A stretch of DNA of 64,000 nucleotides from an uncultured Synechococcaceae cyanobacterium (GCA_902572395.1 CACGFX010000003.1:8057-72056), one strand, 5' to 3'; shown: positions 1 through 9,374, numbered from the stretch's first letter. Notes: generated from the sequence alone by a model not told the origin. Numbers and translations: made by a program.

Positions 1-551
1 CTAATTTCTGGTTTCAAAAAACTGGTATTTAGAGACTCATGTATTGAGCCTTTGAATAAAAGTGATAAAACTGCAAATAATGTTAAAAACGTAAGAAGAG
101 ATACTAAAAATTTTGAAATTCTATCAAGGGCTTTATATTTTCCAAGAATTAAAATCATTCCAGAGACACCCAGTATTCCTATAGACAAATCCATCGCGGG
201 AAAAGCAGAAAAAAAAGGAATATTAGTTAATAAAACACCAGAAACAAAACTTACAGCAGCTATTGTGAAAGTACCTGTAACTAGACTAACTATTAGAAAT
301 AAAGGAAGATAATAAGGATTCCTCTCTTTAAAGCCTTCTAATAATGATTTACCAGTAGATGCTGTAAATCTAGTTCCAACTAGCAAGAATGGATATTTTA
401 AAAGATTAGTAAGAATGATTAGGCCTACTAATGAAAATCCAAACCTCGCACCAGCCGTAGTTGATGACAACAAATGAGATCCCCCAATAGCGGCTCCAGC
501 CATCACAATCCCTGGACCTAAACTTTTTTGTATTCCTTTTGTTAAATTCAT
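1..551 (-). CDS. NRAMP/MntH-like divalent metal transporter (N-terminal part; runs off window)
   Basis: Manual translation from ATG at 551: MNLTKGIQKSLGPGIVMAGAAIGGSHLLSSTTAGARFGFSL..., the NRAMP-like 'LGPG..MA..AIG.SH...ST.AGA.FG' start; frame open to the window edge; not in the ORF track. Confidence 0.8.
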   Translation of the reverse strand, partial: MNLTKGIQKSLGPGIVMAGAAIGGSHLLSSTTAGARFGFSLVGLIILTNLLKYPFLLVGTRFTASTGKSLLEGFKERNPYYLPLFLIVSLVTGTFTIAAVSFVSGVLLTNIPFFSAFPAMDLSIGILGVSGMILILGKYKALDRISKFLVSLLTFLTLFAVLSLLFKGSIHESLNTSFLKPEI

Positions 552-712
552 TTTTTCAATCAAATAATTTAATTTACTTTTTGAGCCCTTCTAAATTTAT
601 TTCTCGATACTCTTTTTTAAACTGCCATATCAAATAATGAGCGAAAAATGAAAAGTATAATAAGAAATGCTATTCGAGCTTACATAAGATATCTGCTTCA
701 AATAATCTTTTA

Positions 713-829
713 TTAGATATTAATTTTGTATTCAACCTCTTTTCTCCATAAAATCCTCAAAAACCTATCTAAGATATCTAACTCCTTTTTATCAACCTTT
801 TTTAGTTTCTTTTTATTTTGTTTTTGCAT
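713..829 (-). CDS. small basic hypothetical protein (38 aa)
   Basis: Manual ORF MQKQNKKKLKKVDKKELDILDRFLRILWRKEVEYKINI, co-oriented with neighbours. Confidence 0.35.
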   Translation of the reverse strand: MQKQNKKKLKKVDKKELDILDRFLRILWRKEVEYKINI

Positions 830-920
830 AAATTATTAATTAATTATTTCAACTTTAAACTGAGCCCAAAAAAACACAATAAGCAAAACTTCTTAAAATT
901 TATTTTGGTTTAGATCGATT

Positions 921-1277
921 TTAATTTGATAAATATTTTTCTGCCCTTCTTAATGCTTTAATTGCGCCTCTATAGTCAAGATTTTTTAATTTTTCCTCAC
1001 TTTTATTTTCCAACAATTTAACTATTTCATTTATCTTTATTTCATCAATTTTTAGCTTGTGGTCGAATATAAGATCGAATTTTGAGGAATACAAAGTTGA
1101 TAATTCTTCTTTATATTTTTCCATAATTTTTTCATCACAAGATTTAGATTTCAATATTGCATTAGCTTTCATTTTGTCTTCTAAAGCGCCTTTAAAATTT
1201 CCTAGTTTAAATTTCTTTTCACTTGATCTGGTTAACTTAATAATATTTCCTAATATCAATTCGCCAGAATCTTCCAT
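921..1277 (-). CDS. hypothetical protein with TPR-like internal duplication
   Basis: 118 aa ORF; repeated unit SEKKFKLGNFKGAL / SEEKLKNLDYRGAI. Confidence 0.7.
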   Translation of the reverse strand: MEDSGELILGNIIKLTRSSEKKFKLGNFKGALEDKMKANAILKSKSCDEKIMEKYKEELSTLYSSKFDLIFDHKLKIDEIKINEIVKLLENKSEEKLKNLDYRGAIKALRRAEKYLSN

Positions 1278-1356
1278 TTTTTTTTACCTTTAAATTAATC
1301 CTATCAGCATAAAAAAAAAACAACTTATTTTTTTTAATACTCAAATAATTGAATAA

Positions 1357-1656
1357 TTAACCAATAACAAGTCCTTTTTCAAGAAGTAAATCGAAAACTT
1401 CCACACTTTTCGTTTTCCCAAATTTGGGGGGCTTATGTAAATCTAATATTTCAGCAAGGCACATAATCCAATAAGTATCTTTTTTTAAATTTAGACCTTC
1501 GCAAATATGGGTGGGGGCCGATTTAAAACAGCCGAATTCTGTTGATATATTAATGTTCATGATTTGAGTTTCAAGTTCCAGACTTAAAAGTTCTAATTCT
1601 TGCTCAGAAAGGGATGTCCCAAAAGAATATGATTCAATTAAAAGTTGATAATTCAT
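1357..1656 (-). CDS. hypothetical protein (paralog of 7542..7832)
   Basis: 99 aa ORF; motif AP..IC..L.L....W..C.A..LD. Confidence 0.75.
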   Translation of the reverse strand: MNYQLLIESYSFGTSLSEQELELLSLELETQIMNINISTEFGCFKSAPTHICEGLNLKKDTYWIMCLAEILDLHKPPKFGKTKSVEVFDLLLEKGLVIG

Positions 1657-1671
1657 AAAAGATTTGTTTTT

Positions 1672-1953
1672 TCAAGAAATCCATCGAGTTATTTTTGTGC
1701 CCGCATAAATATGCCCTGAGGCCTCAACAATAGGTTTTGTTTCAGGATTCATAAAAATATCGTATAGAACATTTTCTGGTCCTTGAAAAATTACAGTTGC
1801 CCTTTTGGGATCATCTAATGATTTACCAATATAAAATGTTTTAACTCCCATTTCTTTAAACATCGACTGCTGTTCCTTAGCATTCATATGAGATTCATAT
1901 TGTTCAAACGTATTACTAAGTTGAAAATCTAGAATAGTCGTTTCAATAGTCAT
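1672..1953 (-). CDS. DUF3764 family protein
   Basis: 93 aa; ETTILDFQLSNTFEQY...YIGKSLDDPKRATVIFQGPE pattern recalled for picocyanobacterial DUF3764. Confidence 0.7.
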   Translation of the reverse strand: MTIETTILDFQLSNTFEQYESHMNAKEQQSMFKEMGVKTFYIGKSLDDPKRATVIFQGPENVLYDIFMNPETKPIVEASGHIYAGTKITRWIS

Positions 1954-2091
1954 AGTTGTAATAAGATGTTTTTAAGATTTTAAATCTTTTTGCAAAAAAT
2001 TAATTGAATAAAGATTAGTTTTTATTAAGCAATGTATTAACTATTTTTTATTTATGAGTTATAAATCAACTATAAAAAACAGATTTTAATT

Positions 2092-3435
2092 TTGGACTCA
2101 AAAATTTCTCCGAGAGAACAATGGACTAGTAAGTTGGGATTCATTCTTGCAGCTTCTGGTAGCGCAGTAGGTCTTGGTAACCTTTGGGGTTTCGCCTACA
2201 GAGCCTCTCAAGGTGGAGGCGCTGCTTTTCTAATTTTATACATACTAATTGTTTTAATTGTATGCCTTCCTGTATTTGTTGCTGAAATGGCTTTAGGAAG
2301 AAACGCTACTGCCAGCACATTGCTTGCACCAGTTAAGTTAGCTGGAAAAAATTGGTATCCATTAGGAATTCTTTTCTTTATAGCTCCCTTGGGAATAGCA
2401 TCATATTATTCAGTCATAATGGGGTGGACCGCAGATACCTTGTTCCATTCATTATTTTTTGGATTACCAAAAAATTTAAGTGAAGCAGAAACTTTCTTTG
2501 GCTCAATTAGTAGTGGTAGCAGTGTTTTATTGGGGCACCTATTAAGTCTCGTTCTTACAGCAATAATAGTTTCATCAGGGATAAAAAAAGGTATAGAAAA
2601 GGTCACTAGATATTTCATGCCAATACTTTTCATAATTATTGTGATTCTTGCTATTTGGGCTACCTCACTTTCAGGGGCATGGGAAGGCTATAAAACATTT
2701 CTACTTAAGTTTGATTTTAATGAATTAAGAAATCCTCAAACAATAAGAAACGCTTTTACACAGGCATTCTTTTCATTAAGCTTAGGGATTGGAATTATGG
2801 TTACCTACGCATCCTATTTAAATAAAAAAAGCAATCTTCCAAAACTAAGTGTTGGAGTTGCATCATTAGATACTTTGGTTGGACTAATGGCTGGATTTAT
2901 AACTTTCCCAATAGTTTTAACATTCGGTTTAAGTGACGCTATTTCTGAGTCCACTGTTGGTGCTTTATTCATATCAATTCCAACTGGCCTAGGTTCATAT
3001 GGTGCAACAGGAAGAATTGTAGCTATTGCATTTTTTGCACTAGCTTATATTGCAGCTATAACTTCATCTGTTTCATTATTAGAGGTCCCAGTTTCCTCTT
3101 TAATGGATAAATTTGGATTTAAAAGAGAAAAATCAGTTTGGTTGATAACTCTATTCTTGTTTTTAGCAGGCATTCCTTCTGCATTAAATTTAAATATTCT
3201 TGGAACAGTTGATTCGATTTTTGGAGGAGTATTACTAATATTTGGTGGTTTCTTGGTTACTTTCTTTATGGGATGGGTAGTCCCTGGAAAATTTAATGAA
3301 GAACTTAATGTTTCTAAAGTTGGAGCCAAAACAACACGTTATTTGAAATTCATGACAAGATGGGTTGCCCCTCCAATTATTGGTTTTGGACTATTTATTA
3401 GTGTGTTTGATTTACTGAAAGGCTGGGTAAGTTAG
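2092..3435 (+). CDS. sodium-dependent transporter, neurotransmitter:sodium symporter (NSS) family
   Basis: REQW.SKLGFILAASGSAVGLGNLWGF...GGGAAF and QAFFSLSLG motifs; many TM helices. Confidence 0.92.
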   Translation: MDSKISPREQWTSKLGFILAASGSAVGLGNLWGFAYRASQGGGAAFLILYILIVLIVCLPVFVAEMALGRNATASTLLAPVKLAGKNWYPLGILFFIAPLGIASYYSVIMGWTADTLFHSLFFGLPKNLSEAETFFGSISSGSSVLLGHLLSLVLTAIIVSSGIKKGIEKVTRYFMPILFIIIVILAIWATSLSGAWEGYKTFLLKFDFNELRNPQTIRNAFTQAFFSLSLGIGIMVTYASYLNKKSNLPKLSVGVASLDTLVGLMAGFITFPIVLTFGLSDAISESTVGALFISIPTGLGSYGATGRIVAIAFFALAYIAAITSSVSLLEVPVSSLMDKFGFKREKSVWLITLFLFLAGIPSALNLNILGTVDSIFGGVLLIFGGFLVTFFMGWVVPGKFNEELNVSKVGAKTTRYLKFMTRWVAPPIIGFGLFISVFDLLKGWVS

Positions 3436-3809
3436 AAAATTTTTGCAAGAAATATAGTGCGGAAATAAGAGGGGTGGTATAAGTCGATCAACAAATTAAA
3501 TTTCGAAATTTTTTTTCAAATTATTTTAAAGCAATCTATGAAAAATCTTCAATGTATATTTAGTTGCAGTGGTTCTTGTTTAAAAATTAATATATTGGAG
3601 AAGTTCTTTTTTATTTTTTAAAAGCCAAAAAATTTTTTTCCAAAAAAATGTCTTACCGCGGATCCTTTTTTTTTAATTAAGTATTAACTTTTAACTTATA
3701 TTTAATCTCAAACGTATCGCCAAAAACCAACCCTAATAGAATCTATATAAGATACATTTAGGTGTTTAATTTAAAGAAATTAGAGCGCCAAAAAGAATAG
3801 ATAACAAAT

Positions 3810-5516
3810 TTGATGTCAACCAAATCTGATTCATTAAAAGGAAAGCTTACAGAAAATTTTTCTGAATTTTCTCAACTATCTGACTATTCTTTTATGAATT
3901 CTCTTAAAGCAGATCCTCAATCAACAAAAGATGGACATGATCACAAGCCGCGTTCAATATATTCAGGTCATTATGTACCAGTTGTGCCAACTGCTATTCC
4001 AGAACCAGAATATATTTCCCATAGCAACAAACTTTTTAAAGAACTAGGGCTAAGCTCAGATCTTACTAAAGACGAGAATTTTTGTCGTTTTTTCTCAGGT
4101 GATATTTCTGTTGCTAATTATCCAATGAGTCCTGTTGGTTGGGCAACAGGTTATGCATTATCAATTTACGGAACTGAATATACCCAACAATGTCCCTTTG
4201 GCACCGGCAATGGTTATGGCGATGGCAGAGCAATTTCTGTTTTTGAAGGTTTATTCAATGGGAAAAGAATGGAAATGCAACTTAAAGGAGGAGGTCCAAC
4301 TCCCTACTGTCGTGGAGCAGATGGCAGGGCTGTACTACGTTCTAGCGTACGAGAATTTCTCGCACAGGAATTAATGGATTCCTTGGGAATCCCTACCTCA
4401 AGATCTTTAACACTTTATGTCTCACGTTCAGAAATAGTTAGAAGACCGTGGTATTCCAAAGGGTCCAGATATTTTGAACCTGATATCATGATTGATAATC
4501 AAGCTGCAATTACTACGAGAGTCGCTCCATCTTTTTTACGTGTAGGCCAGATTGAACTTTTTGCAAGACGAGTTCGTAATAATGCGCATAATGAGGCCCT
4601 CAATGAATTAAAGATGATAGTTCAACATCTAATTGATAGAAATTATAAAGATGAAATTGAATATGAGATTTCAATTGAAAGTAAAGTAATAAAACTGGCT
4701 TCTTTATACAGATCAAGACTTATATCACTTATAGCCAACTGGATGAGAGTTGGTTATTGCCAGGGTAATTTCAATAGTGATAATTGTGCTGCTGGAGGTT
4801 ATACCTTGGATTATGGCCCCTTTGGATTTTGTGAATTATTTGATCCAAGATTTCAACCATGGACAGGTGGAGGTGAACATTTCTCATTTTTTAACCAGCC
4901 TTCTGCAGCGGCAATCAACTTTAAAACATTCTGTTCCTCTCTTAGTCCGTTACTTTCACAAAGCAAACAAGATCAAGAAAAGTTAGATCAAATCGAAAAA
5001 GACTTTTCTGAATTAATGAATAAGGAATTGATGAAAATGTGGGCAAACAAGCTTGGTTTAGAACATTACAACGAAACTCTAATAAATGAATTTTTTAATC
5101 TCATGGTAATTTCAAAAGCAGACTATACAATTTTGTTCCGCAAACTCTCTGAAATCCCTGATAACTTAGATTCTGTAAAAGACTGTTTCTATCTACCAAT
5201 TAATGACGAGCTTAATAATAGGTGGGAAGTATGGCTTCAAAACTGGCAATCAATCTTGAAGAAAGAGGGAAATATTAAAGCGAAATCAGCATCAATGAAA
5301 TCCCTTAATCCAGTCTATACTTGGCGCGAATGGATGGTCGTTCCCGCATATGAAGAAGCTGAAAAAGGAAATTACAAAAAAATAAAAGAGTTACAGGATG
5401 TCTTTAGCAATCCATATATAGAAAAATCCTCAGAAATAGATCAAAAATATAATCGACTAAAGCCAAGCCAGTATTTTAACTATGGAGGAGTATCTCACTA
5501 CAGCTGTTCTTCATAA
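3810..5516 (+). CDS. selO: SelO/YdiU family protein adenylyltransferase
   Basis: GDGRA, QLKGGGPTPY.RGADGRAVLRSSVREFL, GNFNSDN, DYGPFGF motifs; C-terminal SCSS. Confidence 0.9.
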   Translation: MMSTKSDSLKGKLTENFSEFSQLSDYSFMNSLKADPQSTKDGHDHKPRSIYSGHYVPVVPTAIPEPEYISHSNKLFKELGLSSDLTKDENFCRFFSGDISVANYPMSPVGWATGYALSIYGTEYTQQCPFGTGNGYGDGRAISVFEGLFNGKRMEMQLKGGGPTPYCRGADGRAVLRSSVREFLAQELMDSLGIPTSRSLTLYVSRSEIVRRPWYSKGSRYFEPDIMIDNQAAITTRVAPSFLRVGQIELFARRVRNNAHNEALNELKMIVQHLIDRNYKDEIEYEISIESKVIKLASLYRSRLISLIANWMRVGYCQGNFNSDNCAAGGYTLDYGPFGFCELFDPRFQPWTGGGEHFSFFNQPSAAAINFKTFCSSLSPLLSQSKQDQEKLDQIEKDFSELMNKELMKMWANKLGLEHYNETLINEFFNLMVISKADYTILFRKLSEIPDNLDSVKDCFYLPINDELNNRWEVWLQNWQSILKKEGNIKAKSASMKSLNPVYTWREWMVVPAYEEAEKGNYKKIKELQDVFSNPYIEKSSEIDQKYNRLKPSQYFNYGGVSHYSCSS

Positions 5517-5558
5517 AAGTTTAATCCTCATACTGATAGAACAACTTTGAGAAAAATC

Positions 5559-5999
5559 TTATTTATTTATGGCCGTAGGCATTCCAACTACTGATACAAC
5601 TCCCACGTGAAGTATGGCCGGCTTCTTCCCAACACTTTTCACATAGTGGGGCCCCCCATTATTACTCTCTATAAATGCATCACCTGCTTTAAAGAAATTA
5701 ATTTCTTCACCCCTCACATGCTTTAATCTTCCTCTGGTGACATGAATCAACATTGGGGAAGGATGAGTATGAATTGGAGTTTTCAAGCCAACTGGAATTT
5801 TTACTTTTAAGAGTCTTAATTCAGGCTTACCCTCGAGATAATTAAAATTTTTACCACTTAGTCCTTTTGAACTTTGAATAATAGGTATAACTTCAATCTT
5901 TTCTTCTGCAAGAGAAGGTTTTGGTAAAGCTAAAGTCCCAATTAAAAGGAAGCAAACTGGAATAAATTTTTTTAATTTCATTAGATATTTGAGTTTCAC
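5559..5999 (-). CDS. cupin domain protein with signal peptide
   Basis: PIHTHP...G cupin motif 1 and GDAFIE...PH motif 2; hydrophobic N-terminus. Confidence 0.8.
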   Translation of the reverse strand: MKLKYLMKLKKFIPVCFLLIGTLALPKPSLAEEKIEVIPIIQSSKGLSGKNFNYLEGKPELRLLKVKIPVGLKTPIHTHPSPMLIHVTRGRLKHVRGEEINFFKAGDAFIESNNGGPHYVKSVGKKPAILHVGVVSVVGMPTAINK

Positions 6000-6034
6000 T
6001 AATAATAGGTAGTTTGCAAAAATAATAAACTAAT

Positions 6035-6196
6035 TTATTTTTTATATAATTTTTCTAATAGCTTAATTTCCTCTCTTAAATCCTTACCTCTATTATTTAA
6101 TTTATTATTCTTAATAACTATTGGGATAATCCACCAGGCTTGAAGACCTAAAAAGATAAATATTAGGATCAATAATTCAAAAGTACCAGGTTGCAT
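6035..6196 (-). CDS. small single-TM membrane protein (53 aa)
   Basis: Manual ORF MQPGTFELLILIFIFLGLQAWWIIPIVIKNNKLNNRGKDLREEIKLLEKLYKK. Confidence 0.6.
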   Translation of the reverse strand: MQPGTFELLILIFIFLGLQAWWIIPIVIKNNKLNNRGKDLREEIKLLEKLYKK

Positions 6197-6269
6197 TTGA
6201 TAAATAACCCTTCTTTGTTAATAACATTATTCTAAAAGTTATTAAACATTCATGAAATATTAAATATTT

Positions 6270-6452
6270 CTAGGCTGCCTCTAATTCAATGTTAAGTTCA
6301 ATTCCCTTTGAAATGATTGCTTCTTTAAATTCAATAAGTTTGGAAATTATTCTTTGCTTCTCAGGTTCAGTTTTATGGATATCATCTACAACTTCCTGCA
6401 TTGCAAGTGTTACTTTTTGTAGTTTGATTTCTAGATCTTCCCTGTAATTCAT
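6270..6452 (-). CDS. small helical hypothetical protein
   Basis: 60 aa ORF ending in ELEAA. Confidence 0.65.
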   Translation of the reverse strand: MNYREDLEIKLQKVTLAMQEVVDDIHKTEPEKQRIISKLIEFKEAIISKGIELNIELEAA

Positions 6453-6526
6453 AAACTTAAAGAAATTATCTTATTTATTAAAAAACAAAATAATTATTAG
6501 TAAATAAGTACTTAACCTTAAAAGGA

Positions 6527-6571
6527 TTGACAGCAAAACAAGGAGGATATAATTTATAGTACAAACGTATT
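6527..6571 (+). promoter_or_regulatory. sigma70-type promoter with adjacent LexA-like box
   Basis: TTGACA 6527-6532, TATAAT 6548-6553 (15-nt spacer, short), AGTACAAACGTATT 6558-6571 resembling cyanobacterial AGTAC-N4-GTACT. Confidence 0.55.
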
Positions 6572-6601
6572 AATAATTAACCGGCCGATTAAAGGTAAAG
6601 T

Positions 6602-6871
6602 ATGGATCCTAAGTACTCATTTGGTTGTAGCACTAGCAAACCTAACGGATGCCTACTAAATCCCGAAGGTAGCAGAATTATCTTTTTCGAAGAATGCAAA
6701 AATTCTCCTAAGCCTAATTTAAAAATTCATACTCATCTTTTCTACACAAATCACCTTGGAGAACCTGGAGGGTACAAATCCTCTGAAAAACTCAACATAG
6801 ATTCAGCCTGGGAAAAGTGGCACGAACTGCACCAAAAAGGGTGGACAGAAGTATCTCATAATTACGGATAA
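6602..6871 (+). CDS. DUF1651-like protein
   Basis: G.LLNP...RIIFF ... AWEKWHEL.QKGW.EV pattern. Confidence 0.7.
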   Translation: MDPKYSFGCSTSKPNGCLLNPEGSRIIFFEECKNSPKPNLKIHTHLFYTNHLGEPGGYKSSEKLNIDSAWEKWHELHQKGWTEVSHNYG

Positions 6872-7123
6872 ATGATCCGGCCAAGAAAAAGCCTTTATGT
6901 TTTATGAGCTTTAGAGTTTCCTAAAATATGGAATTCGGTGTTAAAAATAAAGTTTCTAATGCAAAAACTACAGTAGTTGTCCCTGTTATAGGTTCTGAAG
7001 CAACTCTTTGGGCTCCTCTAGGTTTAGGTAATTAGTAAATTAGGTCTTTTAATAAAAAGATGATTGAAAATTTTCAATCCAATTCATGGATAACTATAAA
7101 TTAAATCAGGGTTTGAAAACAAT

Positions 7124-7137
7124 GTAATCGTAGATAC
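7124..7137. promoter_or_regulatory. NtcA-type box
   Basis: GTA-ATCGTAGA-TAC, exact GTA-N8-TAC; TATAAA 23 nt downstream. Confidence 0.45.
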
Positions 7138-7292
7138 CAACAGCTTTTTTATTTATTGATTATAAATTAAAAACACGAGTTAACCGGTTCCAATTTGTTG
7201 ACTCTGAGGTTTTAACCGTTGACTCCTTATCTACTTCTAGTTGTGACTCGCTAGTTTCAAAATTCAAAAACGGTATTTATATATCTTTAATT

Positions 7293-7430
7293 ATGGAAAA
7301 AAAAATCGCAAAGAAATACGCCGATCTTATAGTTCAGGCTAATAATTCAACAGGCAGAAAAGAAGCTTTGTCATTGATCAAACAAGCAACAAAATTAAAA
7401 ACCAAACTTGATCAATACGAAATGATGTAG
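7293..7430 (+). CDS. small hypothetical protein (45 aa)
   Basis: Manual ORF MEKKIAKKYADLIVQANNSTGRKEALSLIKQATKLKTKLDQYEMM. Confidence 0.65.
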   Translation: MEKKIAKKYADLIVQANNSTGRKEALSLIKQATKLKTKLDQYEMM

Positions 7431-7541
7431 TCTCTTAAAATCTACAGGATATTCAAGATGAGGTAGAAACTAGTTCCTTTTTTTTATCCTGCTATAAAAA
7501 TACTAAGAGATTATTTAACTTATCTGCTTTAATAAAATATC

Positions 7542-7832
7542 GTGGAATTAACTGAGCTAATTAAGGATTACGTTGCTACAGAATTATTATCAAGCATTGA
7601 AATTGATTTTCTTGAAGGAGAATTATGGGAAACCACTCAACATATTGCAGAAATAAATACAGTTATTAAAGCTCCAAAAAATATATGCAAGAAATTGGGA
7701 CTAGATGAAAAATCTTGCTGGCAATTATGTTGTGCAGCCGTTCTTGACTCCTCAAGACCATTAAAAAATGGACAAAAGAGAGTAGATGATTTTAAAAAAT
7801 TAATTAATCGATATGAAATCAGCTACATATAA
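7542..7832 (+). CDS. hypothetical protein (paralog of 1357..1656)
   Basis: 96 aa ORF, GTG start; shared AP..IC..L.L....W..C.A..LD motif. Confidence 0.75.
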   Translation: MELTELIKDYVATELLSSIEIDFLEGELWETTQHIAEINTVIKAPKNICKKLGLDEKSCWQLCCAAVLDSSRPLKNGQKRVDDFKKLINRYEISYI

Positions 7833-7844
7833 ACTAAAGACTCA

Positions 7845-8141
7845 ATGATACGTTTACTTATTGCATCAATTCTTTTTTTTACTCCACTAGGAGGTTTTGC
7901 TGATGAAAAGCAAAGAGAAATTGAGAATGAAGCTATAAATCTTGTTATTAAAAAATATGGAAAAGGCTTAGAAAATAGATTAAAAGGAACAGGAGTAACT
8001 CCCAGTTATCGAAGTTGGTATGAAAATGATTGTTTTGTAAGTATTGCAGCAGGTACATATCAAGAAGATACTTGGTCGGCAATGAAGTGGTTTAGCGTTA
8101 ATGTCTGTTCTGAATCAGCTGAAATAATGGAAAGTGAATGA
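7845..8141 (+). CDS. secreted hypothetical protein
   Basis: Signal peptide, two Cys; ATGA overlap with next gene. Confidence 0.7.
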   Translation: MIRLLIASILFFTPLGGFADEKQREIENEAINLVIKKYGKGLENRLKGTGVTPSYRSWYENDCFVSIAAGTYQEDTWSAMKWFSVNVCSESAEIMESE

Positions 8142-8875
8142 AGGAAATAAAACGCCTATTAGTTTTGCAGCATTTAGAAATAGAGGGGCCTGGTCTTTTT
8201 GAACAAATTGCTAAAGAAAGAGATTTGAAAATCGAAATTATTCGTTTAGATAATAAAAATACTCTGCCGCAAACAAAAAAAGGTGACTTAATTCTAATTA
8301 TGGGTGGACCAATGGGAGTTAAAGATATTGGAAGCGACAGATATCCCTGGCTTAAGTTAGAAAGAGATTTTATAAAAAAAGAATTAGAAAATGAAAGACC
8401 TATAATCGGTGTTTGTTTGGGTGCTCAGTTGCTTGCGAGTGCTGCTGGAGGAGATGTAGAAATTCTTAAATATGGATTACCTCCAAAAGCATTACCGGAA
8501 ATTGGATGGTCTCAAATTTTTATTAATAAATCAAATAAAGACTTTAAAGCACTGTTTGAAGACCCTTTTCATGTACTGCATTGGCATGGAGATAGGATTT
8601 TATTACCTAATAAAGCAGTACTCATTGCTAGTAGTTCACGTTGTAAGGAACAGTTTTTTAGGATTGGTAATTATGCTTACGGATTACAATTCCATATAGA
8701 GACGACGGGGGGAATGATAAATAACTGGATTAAAGAAGATAAAGAGTTTGTCCTTAAAGGATTAGGCTTAAATGGTCAGGAAACTTTAAAAGAAGAGAAT
8801 AAAAAATATATTGATAAAACTTTTTTAAAAAGAAAGCTTCTAATAAATAAATTATTTGAATTATTAGATAATTAA
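8138..8875 (+). CDS. class I glutamine amidotransferase (GMP-synthase-like GATase domain)
   Basis: MGGPM, GVCLGAQL nucleophile elbow, HWHGD, GLQFHIE. Confidence 0.9.
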   Translation: MKEIKRLLVLQHLEIEGPGLFEQIAKERDLKIEIIRLDNKNTLPQTKKGDLILIMGGPMGVKDIGSDRYPWLKLERDFIKKELENERPIIGVCLGAQLLASAAGGDVEILKYGLPPKALPEIGWSQIFINKSNKDFKALFEDPFHVLHWHGDRILLPNKAVLIASSSRCKEQFFRIGNYAYGLQFHIETTGGMINNWIKEDKEFVLKGLGLNGQETLKEENKKYIDKTFLKRKLLINKLFELLDN

Positions 8876-8896
8876 AAAGAGCATAATAATCCAGTA

Positions 8897-8919
8897 AAAA
8901 AGGGCTTGATAAAGCCCCT
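8897..8919 (-). terminator. intrinsic terminator for the minus-strand hli
   Basis: GGGCTT-gata-AAGCCC stem preceded by an A-run on the + strand. Confidence 0.55.
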
Positions 8920-8942
8920 GAAAAATTTAAAAAGGATTTTTA

Positions 8943-9071
8943 TTAGAAAATACCTGGAAGAATTTGACCAGTAAAATAGTAGGCTCCTACAAGAGCAAAC
9001 ATTCCAAGCATTGCTGCTTTACCATTAAGCTTTTCAGCTTTTTCGGTCATGATTTTTTTTGCGAATTCCAT
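8943..9071 (-). CDS. hli: high-light-inducible protein (42 aa; alternative start at 9050)
   Basis: Manual ORF MEFAKKIMTEKAEKLNGKAAMLGMFALVGAYYFTGQILPGIF; AExxNG..AM and TGQ.(L/I)PG.F motifs. Confidence 0.9.
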   Translation of the reverse strand: MEFAKKIMTEKAEKLNGKAAMLGMFALVGAYYFTGQILPGIF

Positions 9072-9097
9072 AAGAAAGTAAAATAAATTATATCTAA

Positions 9098-9139
9098 AAA
9101 CTAATTATTCAAATATCAGAATGATGTAGTTTTTTCTAC
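9098..9139 (-). promoter_or_regulatory. canonical NtcA-activated promoter for hli
   Basis: GTA-N8-TAC at 9126-9139, exactly 22 nt, then TAGTTT (TAN3T) at 9103-9098 on the minus strand. Confidence 0.75.
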
Positions 9140-9323
9140 CAAATTGATATCTTTCTAAGGATTTTAAAATAAATACTGAAACAACAAATTGAACTTTTAA
9201 TAGTTTCGAGCCAATCTCTAAAGCGTAGCAAGCCTAAAAAACAACAATTTAAAAGTTATTGTTACTGTTATGTGACATTTATGTAGTAAATATCTTGAAA
9301 ATAACTTAGTTTCGGCTTAATAC

Positions 9324-9369
9324 TTTACATTTGTTAATAGTAGTGTTACATTAGTTAACAATTACATAA
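9324..9369 (+). promoter_or_regulatory. HLR1-like (RpaB) direct repeats upstream of hli operon
   Basis: TTTACATT, GTTACATT, GTTAACAA and ATTACATA repeats resembling (G/T)TTACA(T/A)(T/A). Confidence 0.6.
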
Positions 9370-9374
9370 CTTCA

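Noticed and set aside
52-312. 86-aa plus-strand ORF
   Set aside because: Antisense shadow of the NRAMP-like gene on the minus strand.
5502-5516. Selenocysteine recoding in SelO
   Set aside because: C-terminus is SCSS with Cys (TGT) and a TAA stop; no in-frame TGA.
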